A DNA stretch of 64,000 bases from the NCBI GenBank assembly GCA_049724395.1, contig JAUGWO010000122.1, positions 1-64,000 of the forward strand, in the 5' to 3' direction. This stretch comes from Spongospora subterranea f. sp. subterranea. Taxonomy: Eukaryota. Position 1 is the stretch's first letter; the number at the start of each line of letters is the position of its first letter. Shown one piece after another: positions 1-11,535 of the stretch. The notes under the pieces were generated by a model. The model made no database searches. It saw only the letters and a list, made by a program, of their open reading frames with translations, and was not told the origin of the DNA. A program made the position numbers and the translations under genes.

Positions 1-801
1 AAACAATTATGCCCCGGTCCTGGATTAAATCATAACACCTGCGGTTTCCAGATGACGAAAATCGTCAAAGCCCCTGAGTACTGGTTTTCATTCGCATTTT
101 TCAGAAAAACTGATGAACATTTGTGCTTTCAGAGACAAAGAATCCAGTTTATTTGAACTCAAAGTTCTTATTGATGCTGTTTCAAAGTCAAAAACCGCAG
201 AACACAAACTAAATTTGTGTTGGGCAGAGCACACACTGAATTTGTTTTGGAAATTGAACGAAATATACCGATCAAGTGATTCCATGGTTAAAAGGAGTTA
301 CTCATCATATTATTCCCTGTCTACGAAAGCCATTTGGGGGTGCTTTGTTCATCACTGTAATCAAAAGTTAAGTGTGTTCATTCGAAAATGGGGCACTCAA
401 ACTCGCACATGGAGAATTCCGCAGGCGGAAATGTAAGGGCCTGATGTCCCATGAATGCGGAAAGAAACACCCACCATTTGATATTGAAGCAAGACATGAA
501 CTTTGCACAAAATCAAAATCAACCCGAGACCTCCTCCAAGCGATATCCGAAAATTATCGAACAGTATGATCATTACGTGAATGTAAAGGAAAAATAAATC
601 AGAAGGCCTCATCCGGATTTGACCGCGTTGATCATTAGATGCCTTCGTCCTGTCAACAATTGTTGGCAGCGTCATTGCGATGGAGACGTTGAGGAATTTG
701 TTCGGAGATGGGGAAAATTTCTATTTACAGAACAGTTTCCGTCACGATTGTTGTCCTGGAAAGGAAGCTGCGATCTGTCAATATCGTCGTCCCAAGGTTA
801 G
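1..801 (+). pseudogene. 3' part of multi-copy Cys/His-repeat gene family (piece 1; frameshifted, cut by window edge)
   Basis: ORFs 113-436, 372-569 and 619-801 align end to end with intact ORF 13785-14549 (WGCFVHHC..IRKWG, NNCWQRHC..RWG); flanking DNA similarity continues to 1255 and resumes at 4204. Confidence 0.75.
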
Positions 802-1255
802 ATCTGGGTTGACCCTCCCAGTGACTCAACAAACAAAAAAGGTGAAGTCAAACAAATAAATAGGATTATTCTTTTGTATTCATATCATTTTTTTTCTTTA
901 AAATTCCGTCATTTTTCCGTAATTCCGTTGGATTCTGGCAGAGATACATGATGTGGCTTCAACACCTCCCTCCGCTAAGAATTAGGTAGGCAACGCACGC
1001 TCGATTGATGTCGATTGATTTTGTTGTTGAGTCTAATGAATGGTTGGAGTGGGCTACCATCAGATATGATGGCAGTGGGAAGGATGCCAATAGATCCCAC
1101 CCCAGATAGAGAGCAACCGACTCGTGTACGGGTTGGAAATCCGTGTACCAGGATAAGCGTAAAATGTTTGACACAAACCCAATTACTAAATAAAACGGTA
1201 AAACGCATTACGATAAATCGACTTGTTTGTCACGAATGGTAACCAAACGGTGTTA

Positions 1256-1675
1256 AATACTACCTCTGTTCAGAGTTAGTAGTCCGATTTGCCCAGTTTC
1301 TCAAGATTTTTGTCCGAACATACCGCAGAGACTGAATTTAATTAGATCTTTTCACGAGGTTTCTTTTTTATACTGTTCGTCCACTTTTAAGCATTGGAAA
1401 CCTGCGCTATAACTCGCTGAAAACTCCTTTTTCGCGGTTAGTTCTTTTTTTTCGCTGATGGCGTAATATTCTCGTGACGACCTTGACAACTGGATGGTTA
1501 GAGAGTACGCGTCAAGTCGAATCATGTGATATGTTGAATGTGCCAGAATGCCACATTTGACGGTTTTAGCGCGCGTTTCGGTGTCACTCATTGTGAATTG
1601 TGATCTCATCGTAGTTCATTAGCGTATTGTTTTCTCCAGAATTTTGAAGTGGACTATAATTTTGAACAAACAAAA
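1256..1675. mobile_element. Degenerate Stowaway-like MITE at left edge of a composite TA-flanked insertion (1256-4201)
   Basis: Left end tactacctctgttcagagttagtagtcc resembles reverse complement of ggactataattttgaaca at ~1652; empty site gtgttgattgaaaacg at ~14995 vs gtgtTA[..]TAattgaaaacg here. Confidence 0.4.
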
Positions 1676-1779
1676 TACTCCCTCCGTTCGGATTTAATGG
1701 GCGCATTGTTTTTTTTGCGAGATTAAGGTCAAATCATTGAAATCAACTCAAAAAACACCGTGAGCAGGCTATAAATAAA

Positions 1780-2533
1780 GAGTCCCCTGATTTTAGTGTG
1801 TACACACTCATTACACACTCAGAGGCCGCGCACAATTACACACTCAAATCTATTTTTGCTACTGCATATAGAGTACAGTTTACACACTCAATGAGTACCG
1901 CACGTAGTTACCTTCAAAAAGTTACACACTCAAGCTCATATTCCACTGCAATGACCGAAATACAAAGCTTTCTGGTCAGGTTGTGTCAGATGGCTTTGCA
2001 GGCTTCGTCTGGCCCACCTTCTGGATGCAACAAAGCTATATCTCGAGATGCCCAGAGGTTGTTAGTGACCAAGGTCACGAATGTAAAGCTTTATTGGAAG
2101 CAGAAGCTCTCCTTCCATTGTGACATGGAATGCATCCAGTCGATTCACCCACAAGAATTGCGCATTAAGGCTCTTAACTTAATAAAATGATTAACGTTGT
2201 GATCTTTGTGCCATTGTAGATGCACAGATCTAAATTCTATGCGAAAATTCACGTATATGCAATGATAGCTGGTTAACAAGGTAAATGACGGGTAAGGTGA
2301 GTTGATTTGCATGATGCCAGTGAAGTTTTGTCTTCGCTATTCCATCGTAGAGAAGAGCACGCCGCCTTTGACATAAACGTGACAACAGAAAGCTCCGTTT
2401 TGAGTGTGTACTTTCCACGGTGGCTCTCCGGATTCGTACTCATATATGCAGTAGCGATTTCAGATTTGAGTGTGTAAATGTGCGTGGCCTCTGAGTGTGT
2501 AATGAGTGTGTACACACTAAAACATAGCTATCC
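1780..2533. mobile_element. Non-autonomous Mutator-like element (MULE MITE) nested in the mariner
   Basis: ~100-bp imperfect TIRs (ttttagtgtgtacacactcattacacactcagaggcc..), starts G and ends C, 9-bp direct repeat ataaataaa at 1771-1779 and 2534-2542. Confidence 0.8.
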
Positions 2534-2643
2534 ATAAATAAAGGTTTTTGCACTGGCTTTCCAAGCCTGTAACAATCATTTTTGGCGGGCTCACCGTCGG
2601 TGAGATATGTTTTCCCGAGTGCTGCTAGTTTTAAGGACAATAT

Positions 2644-4009
2644 TTGGAGTACCGGTTTGCATCAATGGAAGACAATGGGAACTTGGACAACAGAAGGATT
2701 GGTTCTAAGGGCAAAGAACTGACTCCTGAACAACGGCGAAATGTTTACGAGTTTATGCTTGAACGCACGGTTGATGGAAACCTCCGGTATGGCGCTATGA
2801 AAGCTGCTGCAACCGAGTTCTTGATAACGCGGAAGGTTGTTTCGAATATCTGGTCACAAGGACGGAAATCGAAAGAACACGGATCCATCGCAACTGACTT
2901 TACAAGTCGCAAGATTGGAGAGGTCGGACGGAAACGAAATGCCATAGGTTCAGCTGAGATTCAAGCGATCCCCTTGAAGCCTCGGTGCAACATTCGATCG
3001 ATGGCGCATGCATTAAACATTGGGGTGGCCACTTTGCATGGTCGTATCAAGGAGGGGATTGTAAAGCCGAACACTAATGCTGTGAAGCCTTTCCTGACCG
3101 ACGCCAACAAAAAAGCTCGACTCGAGTATTGCTTGTCAATGTTGGATCAAGGAAGTGTTGCTCTTGGTGCCCCACACTTCCAGGATATGTATGATCACGT
3201 TCATGTCGACGAGAAGTGGTTCAATATCTCCAAGACGTCTGCCAGGTACTACTTGGCCGCTGATGAAGAACCGCCACACCGTACTTGCAAAAGCAAGAGA
3301 TTCATTACTAAGGTTATGTCTCTTGCCGCTGTTGCTAAACCTAGATGGGATTCAGCCAGGAATCAATGGTTTAACGGAAAAATTGGGATCTGGTCGTTTG
3401 TCTACCCAAGAACCTGCCAAGCGAGGAAGTAAAAACAGACCAGCAGGCACTTTGGTAACCAAAAATATTGAATCTGTCAACAAAATCCAGTACTCCAAAA
3501 TGATGATTGAAAAAGTTATTCCAGCGATTCGCAGTAAATGGCCCAATTCCGTTCAAAGCGCGACCGTTGGGATACAACAGGACAATGCCAAGCCGCATAT
3601 TACCCCATTGGATACTGCCTTCAACCAGGCAGTCAAGGCGACGGGCATGAATATTCGCTTGACATGTCAGCCACCAAACAGTCCTGACACTAACGTTCTT
3701 GACCTTGGTTTTTTCAATGCAATCCAGGCTTTGCAACACACTAAAGCATTGAATTCTATCGATGAACACATTGCTGCCGTTGATGAAGCTTTCCACGAGC
3801 TCGATAAGGATACATTGAAGAAAGTGTTCTTAACTCATCACTCGTGCATGAACGAAACTATGAAATGCGGAGGTGGAAAAAATTATCGGATCCCACACGT
3901 AAACAAGGATCATTTAATCAAGCAGTGTCGACTGCCCGAGTACATATGCTGCGCAACAGAGACAATTGAGGCAGCGAAGCAGGCAACTTGTAACCCAATT
4001 GTTCAATAA
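2644..4009 (+). pseudogene. DD39D mariner transposase with one frameshift near 3405-3410
   Basis: HVDEKWF, QQDNAKPH and PPNSPDTNVLDLGFF motifs; 39 residues between 2nd and 3rd Asp; split across ORFs 2644-3432 and 3155-4009. Confidence 0.92.
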
Positions 4010-4422
4010 AGAGTCAGAATAAGTGCTCGGGCAGTCGACATTGTCTGATTATATGATTTTTCTTTTAATGTGAGATTTTATAGAGTACATCGTCTCACCT
4101 GCTCATTGGATTGTGCCATTCATGCACAATGCTCCCATTATTTCCGAACAAAAATCCGCGCACAATGTTCCCAATAAATCCGAACGGAGGGAGGACTACA
4201 GTAATTGAAAACGACGTAGCGGGAAATCTTTCTGTCCGCCGGGCGCCATAGCCCTGTGTGACCCCGACTGGCGGATGGAAAAGCTTCTGTCCGCCAGTAG
4301 GGTGACTGTAGCAAGGTTGCGCACAACCGATCACAATGTAAAAGAACAATGAGAAACTCATCAGGGCCCAGTTGAAACTTGTCTTTGAGTTTGTTCTGGT
4401 CATAGTCCACTGATACAGCGCG

Positions 4423-5205
4423 AAAGTGTTGCCTCTACGCTTTCAATTGACTGTTGACCATCAACACTAATACGGGATGCTTCACGGTTTGAACTCGTGC
4501 TCGGGTTCCAATCCTTGAAAGCACTCAGCAAACCCAAACACAATGTGGACTTGAACTGAACTGCTAAGCTTCTGGAAGATTTGTCACCAAACTGGTGGGC
4601 GTTTCTGTTATCGGGCACGAGATTCTCGAGAAGGTCTGCTGGCGGCAAAATTTCCAAATCAATAGGAATTGGATTAGGATCGATAAGACAGTTGAGGTTC
4701 TCGCCCTTTTGGCTCAACTGTTGAGACTCGATATTGATATGGGACGCGTCAATTTTAGAACCCGGGCTCGAGTGCCATTCCTAAAACGCACTTAACAAGC
4801 CGATTCTCCATTTGAAGATGAGCTGAACGGCTGCATTCAACGAAGAAAATTCCCCAAACGGGTCGAAAGCCAACTCCTACAAGGAATTGCCTTGCAGCTA
4901 ATCTGACGCCCATGGCAAAACCTCGAATTCTGAAAACGGCAACTTTGAATATCGTCATGGGGCATTGCCCACCCCTGCGACGACGACATGGTGTCCTGCA
5001 AGGGCCAATGATCTCAGAAATTATTCCATTCTTTGGAGCGACATTCCGCCATCCATACCGAGAAAGTCGAGGAGGCGATTCTTGTGGCGGCATTGGCCTG
5101 ACCTGAGCCAAGCAGTTCGCCCCAACCATGACCAACTTCGGTTGTCTCAGATAGAATCGGTCTGGTCGCCACAAGCAACAGCGCCACCAAAATGAGGAAA
5201 CGCAT
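4423..5205 (-). pseudogene. 5' part of the multi-copy secreted-like gene family (piece 2, inverted, truncated)
   Basis: ATG at 5205 gives MRFLILVALLLVATRPILS..; reverse complement matches 12040-12620 and 20463-21350 including the 63-nt gtatgg..ttgcag intron. Confidence 0.7.
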
Positions 5206-5336
5206 TTGAGGAATGGGGCAGAAGAAGCGTTCAAATTCAGTCACGGAATTATTTAGAGTTGTCCGCGGAAAACTATCTTTTTTGTCAGCCGGCGGACAGA
5301 ATCCCGTGATAGAATTTCGCGCGACAGCTACGGACA

Positions 5337-5855
5337 TTTTCAACTGTCGACAGGCTGACCCAGTCAGATATCATATTTTCAGCTGTCGACAGCTGGCCCA
5401 GTCAGATATCATATTTTCAGCTGTCGACAGCTGGCCCAGTCAGATATCATACTTTTAGCTGTCGACAGCTGGCCCAGTCAGATATCATACTTTCAGTTGT
5501 CGTATCGAAGACAGCTGGCCCAGTCAGATATCATACTTTCAGTTGTCGACAGCTGGTCCAGTCAGATATCATACTTTTAGCTGTCGACAGCTGGCCCAGT
5601 CAGATATCATACTTTTAGCTGTCGACAGCTGGCCCAGTCAGATATCATACTTTCAGTTGTCGACAGCTGGCCCAGTCAGATATCATACTTTCAGTTGTCG
5701 ACAGCTGGTCCAGTCAGATATCATACTTTTAGCTGTCGACAGCTGGCCCAGTCAGATATCATACTTTCAGTTGTCGACAGCTGGCCCAGTCAGATATCAT
5801 ACTTTCAGTTGTCGACAGTTGGCCCAGTCAAAAATCATAATTTTCAGCCGTCGAC
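5337..5855. repeat. 38-bp minisatellite, ~13.5 copies
   Basis: Unit tttcag(c/t)tgtcgacagctggcccagtcagatatcatac; gtcgac recurs every 38 bp; one unit has an 8-bp insertion near 5500. Confidence 0.97.
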
Positions 5856-5959
5856 TTCCGACCCAACCAGATTTGGTTTTGACTGTCGTTATTATATACA
5901 TTCAGGCTTGCCAGATATTTTCCTTGTCATGTTCCATGGTGCAGCAAAGGTCAGTTTTG

Positions 5960-6835
5960 AACTTTAGACCAAGGCCGGATATATGAGCTTGACTATATAA
6001 GGTCATAGACCAATCCAGGACCTGCTAAGAATCCAGTGTTTATCAAAACTATTATGCGGATGGTCGTGGTCGTCGAAAAAAACAGCTGTACTGACTGGTC
6101 AATCGATAGTTCAATAATCACTGGGTGTTGATCGACCTGGATGATGTGAAGAGTTTCCCCTGATTCACTGAGGTCGGCAACTTTTCAAAACAAAATACAG
6201 GAGGTGTTTATTGTCACAATGGCTTCTGCTCAGGCAGATTAGCCCACCTTGCCGGATGAACTGTTCGACTGCGAACTCAACTTGAAAAGGATCCATTACG
6301 TTTTTGAGTTATTTGAATATACTTTATATATTCCAATATTTTCAAGCACGTGACTATAGACATCGGTTTTCGACTGTCATCCGCATAATAGTTTTAATAA
6401 ACAGTGGATTCGTAGCAGGACCTGGATTGGTCTAGGACCATATAGAGTCATGTTTATATAGCCGGAATTGCTCATGAATTTATTAATTAACTCGAAAAGA
6501 CAGTGAATCCTAAAGAGGTCAAGCTCAGACTCGGACAGTTCATCCGGCACGATGGACTGATCTGCCAGAGCAGCAGCCATTCTGTAAATAAATAACCCAC
6601 AGTTTACAAAGTCTCTTTTGAAGCGGACCATGGGCCATTGCGGTTTCCCAATCACGGTCATGAAAAATGTCAAAAAGCCATGGCTGAATACCCAACATAT
6701 TGTCATGTACCTTATCTTGAAACCTTTGCCGATCTAAGTAAATCATATAGGAAAATCATTTCATCATCCAGGTAGATGGATATCAACATTTAACGATCAT
6801 TGGACTATATTGCCAAGTCAGTACAGCTGTTGTTG
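5960..6835. repeat. Diverged inverted, permuted duplication of a ~450-bp unit
   Basis: 5990-6070 matches reverse complement of ~6370-6450; 6080-6330 matches reverse complement of ~6480-6835 (e.g. aacagctgtactgact, gccggatgaactgt). Confidence 0.7.
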
Positions 6836-6949
6836 AAATGACGCGAAAATACAAACAAACGGTAGAGCTAATACCTTAGGGTGGTCTGTTCGGAAACATG
6901 AGAACACCGCATCGATAGAAAAATTTTCGAGATGTTGGCCCTTCCCGAA

Positions 6950-8556
6950 GTTGAACATCAAATCGCCCGAGTTGAGCCACGCCACAATTTCGAGGTATTA
7001 AGCGGCGACAATAATTGGCCGAGAACTTCAATTACCATGTTTCTGATTGAAGGACTCATCAACCTTCTTGTTTCGTGGCTGCCGGTTTCATGCTCAGGCA
7101 AGCGGAGCCAAGTGTGAATTCGCGGGCAGCAGGGCCCATTTGCAGCGCAGTGTGTAGAGCAGTCATGGAACGCATCTATTACATCACTAACAGCAGGTTC
7201 ACGATGAACGAGAAAATACATTATTAACTAAGCAATCATGCTGCTCACAATGGAAAAATGCAAGAAACGTCTGAGGTAAACTGAACACAATGCGAGCAAT
7301 CCTCCATAATAACTGTGGGTGGGCCTTGGGTAGAATTCTTGATTGAATAAGATTTCAAGATTACACTCTGAGCCAAGTCGACAACAGACCGATGAGGCAA
7401 GATTGGTTCCTGTCTGTCCCGGTTGGTGCAGGTAGAACCAGGTCAGTGCAAAATACTGAGTTCGAAAATCCCGGGGGCCGGGATTTTGGGGAATCCCTGA
7501 GGTTGGCCAGCTCATACGGAAGTAGAGCTCAGGTTTGAGCATGGGAGGAACGAATTTCAGGAAAAATAGACAGCTGATTTGTAATGATGCGACTTGGGTT
7601 CAAGGCATTGTGGTGTTCCGTACAGGGAATTTCCCCCGTGTCCCAATGGGTGGGGGGTTTTAGTGAGTCGGATCAAGGGATCAACCTCACACTATCACAA
7701 TGTCGGTCAGACTGCAGAACATTCAGCGAAGGTACTTATGTCTGGCATTTGAGCTTTGACACCAAGATTCGTCTTGGCCCTTTAGTAAATACGGGTTCTA
7801 CAAACCTGGCATCAAAATGCCGAACTCTATCACAAAAAAAAAAAAAAAGCGAGGCATCCTGACAAAGCGACGAGATTAGCAAGCCACAACATTACACCAG
7901 CATTCCTTGCCTGTTCAAGAAGCTGATGCTGATTATGCCGCATTAAACGGCAACTTGCTCAAGCATCGTCGTTGGGCTTGACCATTGTATCAAGCCGCGA
8001 CTGAAATTTTAGCAAGGAACAATTCTTCAAACTGACTGCAAGGGCGCGGATGCTAATGGTGGAGACGACTATTCAAGGGTTCGCTGTCAGGGAAATGCTA
8101 TGGAATAATCTAAAACATACCAGAACACGTTGATGGTGACCTTTGTTCAGTTACCCCGGAATAATGGCATTCAAAACTCTGATAACGATGGTCTGCTGGA
8201 ATCAACAAGTTCGACCTCTAATCGATATCAGAACGCTTCGTCTTCGCGTTGAAAGAAAATGGCACCCGGAACCTTCATCAGAACTCTTTATAAGTTCAAA
8301 AGTTAGATTTGAAAAGCAATGGACGTGGATAGGTAAAAGATCACCTTAGAGCAGGGCTTGCCGCATTGGCCGCAAGAAAGGCAACCTCTTTTGATGAGTT
8401 TCGCGAATGTGATGAGGCACCATGCAGGTTCAGAAACTGAGCAGGAGTGTGGTTCCGGGTGTCTTGGCCCAACAGGAACAAAGACTCTTTCGAATAGTGT
8501 TCCACAATGGCGGAGAACTCTTGGAACGACTCAAACGATTCGTTAAGGAACAGCAT
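6950..8556 (-). pseudogene. Possible decayed MULE-type transposase, interrupted by a SINE-like element
   Basis: N-terminus MLFLNESFESFQEFSAIVEHYSKE resembles FAR1/MULE N-terminal pattern; remainder full of stops. Confidence 0.25.
7399..7848 (+). mobile_element. SINE-like retroposon copy 1 (poly(A) tail)
   Basis: Same 5' end as copy 15258-15734; B-box-like gagttcgaaaatcc at 7458; A15 tail at 7834-7848. Confidence 0.7.
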
Positions 8557-8895
8557 TTTGTAATAACAATGATGACTTTTTTTTTTTGTGATTGAGTTTA
8601 CACTTTTCATGTCGGGCTGCCGATCCCACGGAGATTGGGCCAGTATTCACTTTAATCTCATCTCAATATTTCCTCCCAGTAACAACCTCGGAGCATCTCC
8701 ACCGCGTCCCTAAAACAGTCCCAACGCACTTTTTCAAAGTCTTTGGGGACAAAATTTATCCCCACCGCAGTCCCCATCCCCAAAAAAACTCCGAAATCGA
8801 CCCCAAATTTTGGGGACTGCCTCGAAACAAATAAAATATGGGGACTGCCCGAAAGCTGTCCCCACGGAGTAATTCCATGACAATTACAGTCAATC

Positions 8896-9718
8896 ATGAA
8901 TGATTCAGTTGTCGAGGAGTGTGTTGCTCCCGGAGCAACAAAGAAGGCCGGTCGAGGCAAATCATGGAAAGACGAGGAAAACCTCGCGCTTACGCGTGCG
9001 GTAGGATCGGTTGGCTACGATTCCATCAACGGTGTCGATCAGAAAGGCACCGTGTATTGGGAAAAGGTGTCAACGTCGTTTGTAGCGCGCGGCGGCTCTT
9101 CCGACCGAACACAAAAAGCCCTGAAGAACCGGTGGAGCGTCCTACAAACAGCGATAAACCTTTTTATCGGGTACTATTCTACTGCGACGTCCATTGAAAG
9201 GAGCGGGTCTAATGATGAAGATTATCTTCAGTTCGCCCACGACCTTTTTGAAAAGGAACAAAACGTGTCCTTTGAGTTTGAATCGTGTTGGCGGGCTCTG
9301 CAAGCGTTTGGCGACAAGTGGAAGGTGAAATCAACTGAATTGAGTATGATAAATTTTCAATGTAACGCATTGTGTGTAGGTGATCACCAGCCCTTTGGCA
9401 GCAAAAAGGGAGCGAGCCGTTTTAGAGGGCGTGCAAGGAAGCCAAGATGGTGAACGCCCACTCGGCTGCAAGGCTGCCAAAAAAAATCTGCTTGGCGATA
9501 AGCGCGAAGACGAGAGTCGTCAGCAGCTTCTGAAAGTCAAGCAAGACATTGCTGCATCGCAGACGCGCCGTAACGAGCTGCTGCAAGAGCAGAACGAACT
9601 GGCTCTGTTCAGCATCGTCGTCCGCGATGATGACCATGTTGGCGCGCAGTACCTGGCATTGAAAAAACAGCAGGCGTTAGAAAACCTCAAAGCTCAATTG
9701 CCAAAAAATTCTGAATAA
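8896..9718 (+). CDS. Pong/Harbinger ORF1, Myb/SANT-like DNA-binding protein with NAM-associated C-terminus (~255 aa; intron 9325-9379)
   Basis: GKSWKDEENLAL..DQKGTVYWEKV..LKNRWS and ERPLGCKAAKK motifs; 55-nt GT-AG intron joins the two ORFs in frame. Confidence 0.85.
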
Positions 9719-9725
9719 AAGCAAT

Positions 9726-10946
9726 TTAATTCCCATGCGTTTTCCACATTTCCGCAATCAGATCTTGTTTCAGCTGAGCTCCTGCTTCGAAATCGCGCGT
9801 CGCCATCATTCTGGCTGCCGTTGCACCAAAGGAACCGTCAACCAGATCGTCAGCGCAACGAAGTACCATGACGTTGCTGGTTCGCGCTCGTGCACTCACA
9901 GGTCCATCAAACTCTAAGTCTTGACCGAGCTTGTGGCTGCTGCGTTCATCCTCTATCACCATATTATGAAGGATTATGCACGCATGCATTATCATTGATA
10001 GGCGAGAAACAGTCCATTTGCGACCAGGGAGCTTTGTAATCGCCCAGCGCGCCTGAATGACTCCGAATCCACGTTCCACATCCTTCCTGATCGCCTCGTG
10101 CATCCTGGTGAAGAGCGCTTCTGCCTCACCAAGAGGGTCCGGAATTGACTTCATAAACACATACCATCTTGGATATATGCCATCAACCAAGAAGTATGGC
10201 ATGGCATAGGCGTTGCCATTGACGGAGAAGGTAACTGGATGGGATTTGCCGTTGATCAAATTATGCAGCAACGTTGATCTTTGAACAACGTTGATATCGT
10301 TCAACGCTCCTGGTATTCCGAAATGAATGTGCCAAAACCACAGTTCGCCATCCACCACTGCCTCAAGGGAAATCGAAGTGCCTTTATGGCCCTTGAATTG
10401 CCCCTGCTTTGCTTTGGGACATTTGTCCCATTTCCAGTTATAACAATCCAAAGATCCTTGGAGACCAGGGAATCCACGACCAGCATTGACCCGAATGATC
10501 CTCTCTAAGTCTTCTGGCGTAGGAGCGCGTAAATACTCGCCAGCGAATCTCCCCACAACTGCTGCAGCGAACCGGTCAAGGCAAACTGCCGCAGTGCTCT
10601 CTCCGATTCGAATATACTCGTCGCATGCATCTGCACCGGTTCCATACGCCATTTGCCGAATCGCCGCGGTGACCTTTTGAATGGTGGACAGTCCGGATTG
10701 GAGCAGAGCGTCTTTCTTCTGCTCGAAGTACTCGTCGAAATCTCGGACGCCGTTGAGAACGCGTAGAAAAACTTCTCTCCTCATCCGAAAGCGTCGGCGA
10801 AACAACCTGTCATTGTAAATAGGGTTTTCCGAGAAGTAATCAGAGTAAATGCGGGCCGCACCCAGTGCTCGTCCACGTTCGACATTACGTTTTCGACCAA
10901 CCCTTGAGCCCCCATGGCGAGAACCTAATTGCCCTGAACTGAACAT
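9726..10946 (-). CDS. Pong/PIF-Harbinger DDE transposase (plant-transposon type)
   Basis: FRRRFRM, GFPGLQGSLDC, ALNDINV, LVDGIYP, RKDVERGFGVIQARW, ACIILHNMVIEDE; uninterrupted 406 aa. Confidence 0.95.
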   Translation of the reverse strand: MFSSGQLGSRHGGSRVGRKRNVERGRALGAARIYSDYFSENPIYNDRLFRRRFRMRREVFLRVLNGVRDFDEYFEQKKDALLQSGLSTIQKVTAAIRQMAYGTGADACDEYIRIGESTAAVCLDRFAAAVVGRFAGEYLRAPTPEDLERIIRVNAGRGFPGLQGSLDCYNWKWDKCPKAKQGQFKGHKGTSISLEAVVDGELWFWHIHFGIPGALNDINVVQRSTLLHNLINGKSHPVTFSVNGNAYAMPYFLVDGIYPRWYVFMKSIPDPLGEAEALFTRMHEAIRKDVERGFGVIQARWAITKLPGRKWTVSRLSMIMHACIILHNMVIEDERSSHKLGQDLEFDGPVSARARTSNVMVLRCADDLVDGSFGATAARMMATRDFEAGAQLKQDLIAEMWKTHGN

Positions 10947-11535
10947 TTCATCGTCGGATGACAGAACAGCATCAATGATAGCATCGTTCTGATCCTCTTC
11001 GATAAACGACCATTTGCAACCGGCGAAGCAGGTCCATGAAGATATACGGATCGTTTTTGGGGATACCTCGCGGTGGACTTACGACGCACTAACTGTCCCT
11101 ATAAAAGGCCGCTCGAACATATTTGGGGATAGGGACTGTGAATTTGAGGATTTGCGGTGGAGATGCTCTAAAGACTCTCATCTCAATATTTCCTCCCAGT
11201 AACAACCTCGCACTTGCAATAGAGACCTTCGCCGGAAGTTCAGCAGTCTGGTCGACACAAGAGGTAGTGTGAGGTTAGAATAGCAACCGCATATTCCGTC
11301 TCAACTAAAAAACGTACCCAGAGAACTCAGTCTCCGGGACACTAAAAATTCCCTAAGAAACACCTCTGGCACCATACAAAGTCGCTTCATGACCAGGCAG
11401 CTGATTGTTTATAGAGGTTTTACTCCTCTTCGGCAGATATTTAAAAAGGGTTGCCACCTCTTCAACATTGATGACGAGAACGGCATTCGCCCGCCGTATT
11501 CCGAAGTTTCGCAATTTTGTTGGACAGACTGGCGC

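Larger units (their letters stand above)
1678..4193 (+). mobile_element. Tc1/mariner DD39D (plant/oomycete-type mariner) element
   Basis: ~32-bp TIRs ctccctccgttcggattta(a/t)tggg; TA on left flank (GA on right); contains DD39D transposase. Confidence 0.92.
8691..11168. mobile_element. PIF/Harbinger (Pong-like) DNA transposon, two convergent genes
   Basis: TIR gagcatctccaccgc / gcggtggagatgctc, TAA on right flank; encodes Myb-like ORF1 and DDE transposase. Confidence 0.93.
8577..11420 (-). mobile_element. SINE-like retroposon copy 2 (diverged, split by the Harbinger insertion)
   Basis: T11 then gtgattgagttt as at 15258-15290; similarity resumes after 11169 (cacttgcaatagag.accttcgc, gtagtgtgaggtt). 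Confidence 0.6.

Noticed and set aside
4261..4310. GC-rich hairpin as a Helitron 3' end
   Set aside because: No CTRR terminus follows, and similarity to the paralogue continues past it
5337..5855. CRISPR-like array (38-bp palindromic repeats; also 11536-11898)
   Set aside because: Units are head to tail with no unique spacers, no cas genes, eukaryotic context
5543..5986. Repetitive ORFs (STAGPVRYHTFSCRQLAQ..) here and at 11353-11986
   Set aside because: By-product of a stop-free minisatellite; 38-bp unit is not a multiple of three
7410..7480. tRNA gene (gttcgaa motif; also ~15660)
   Set aside because: No cloverleaf can be drawn; better explained as a SINE-like head
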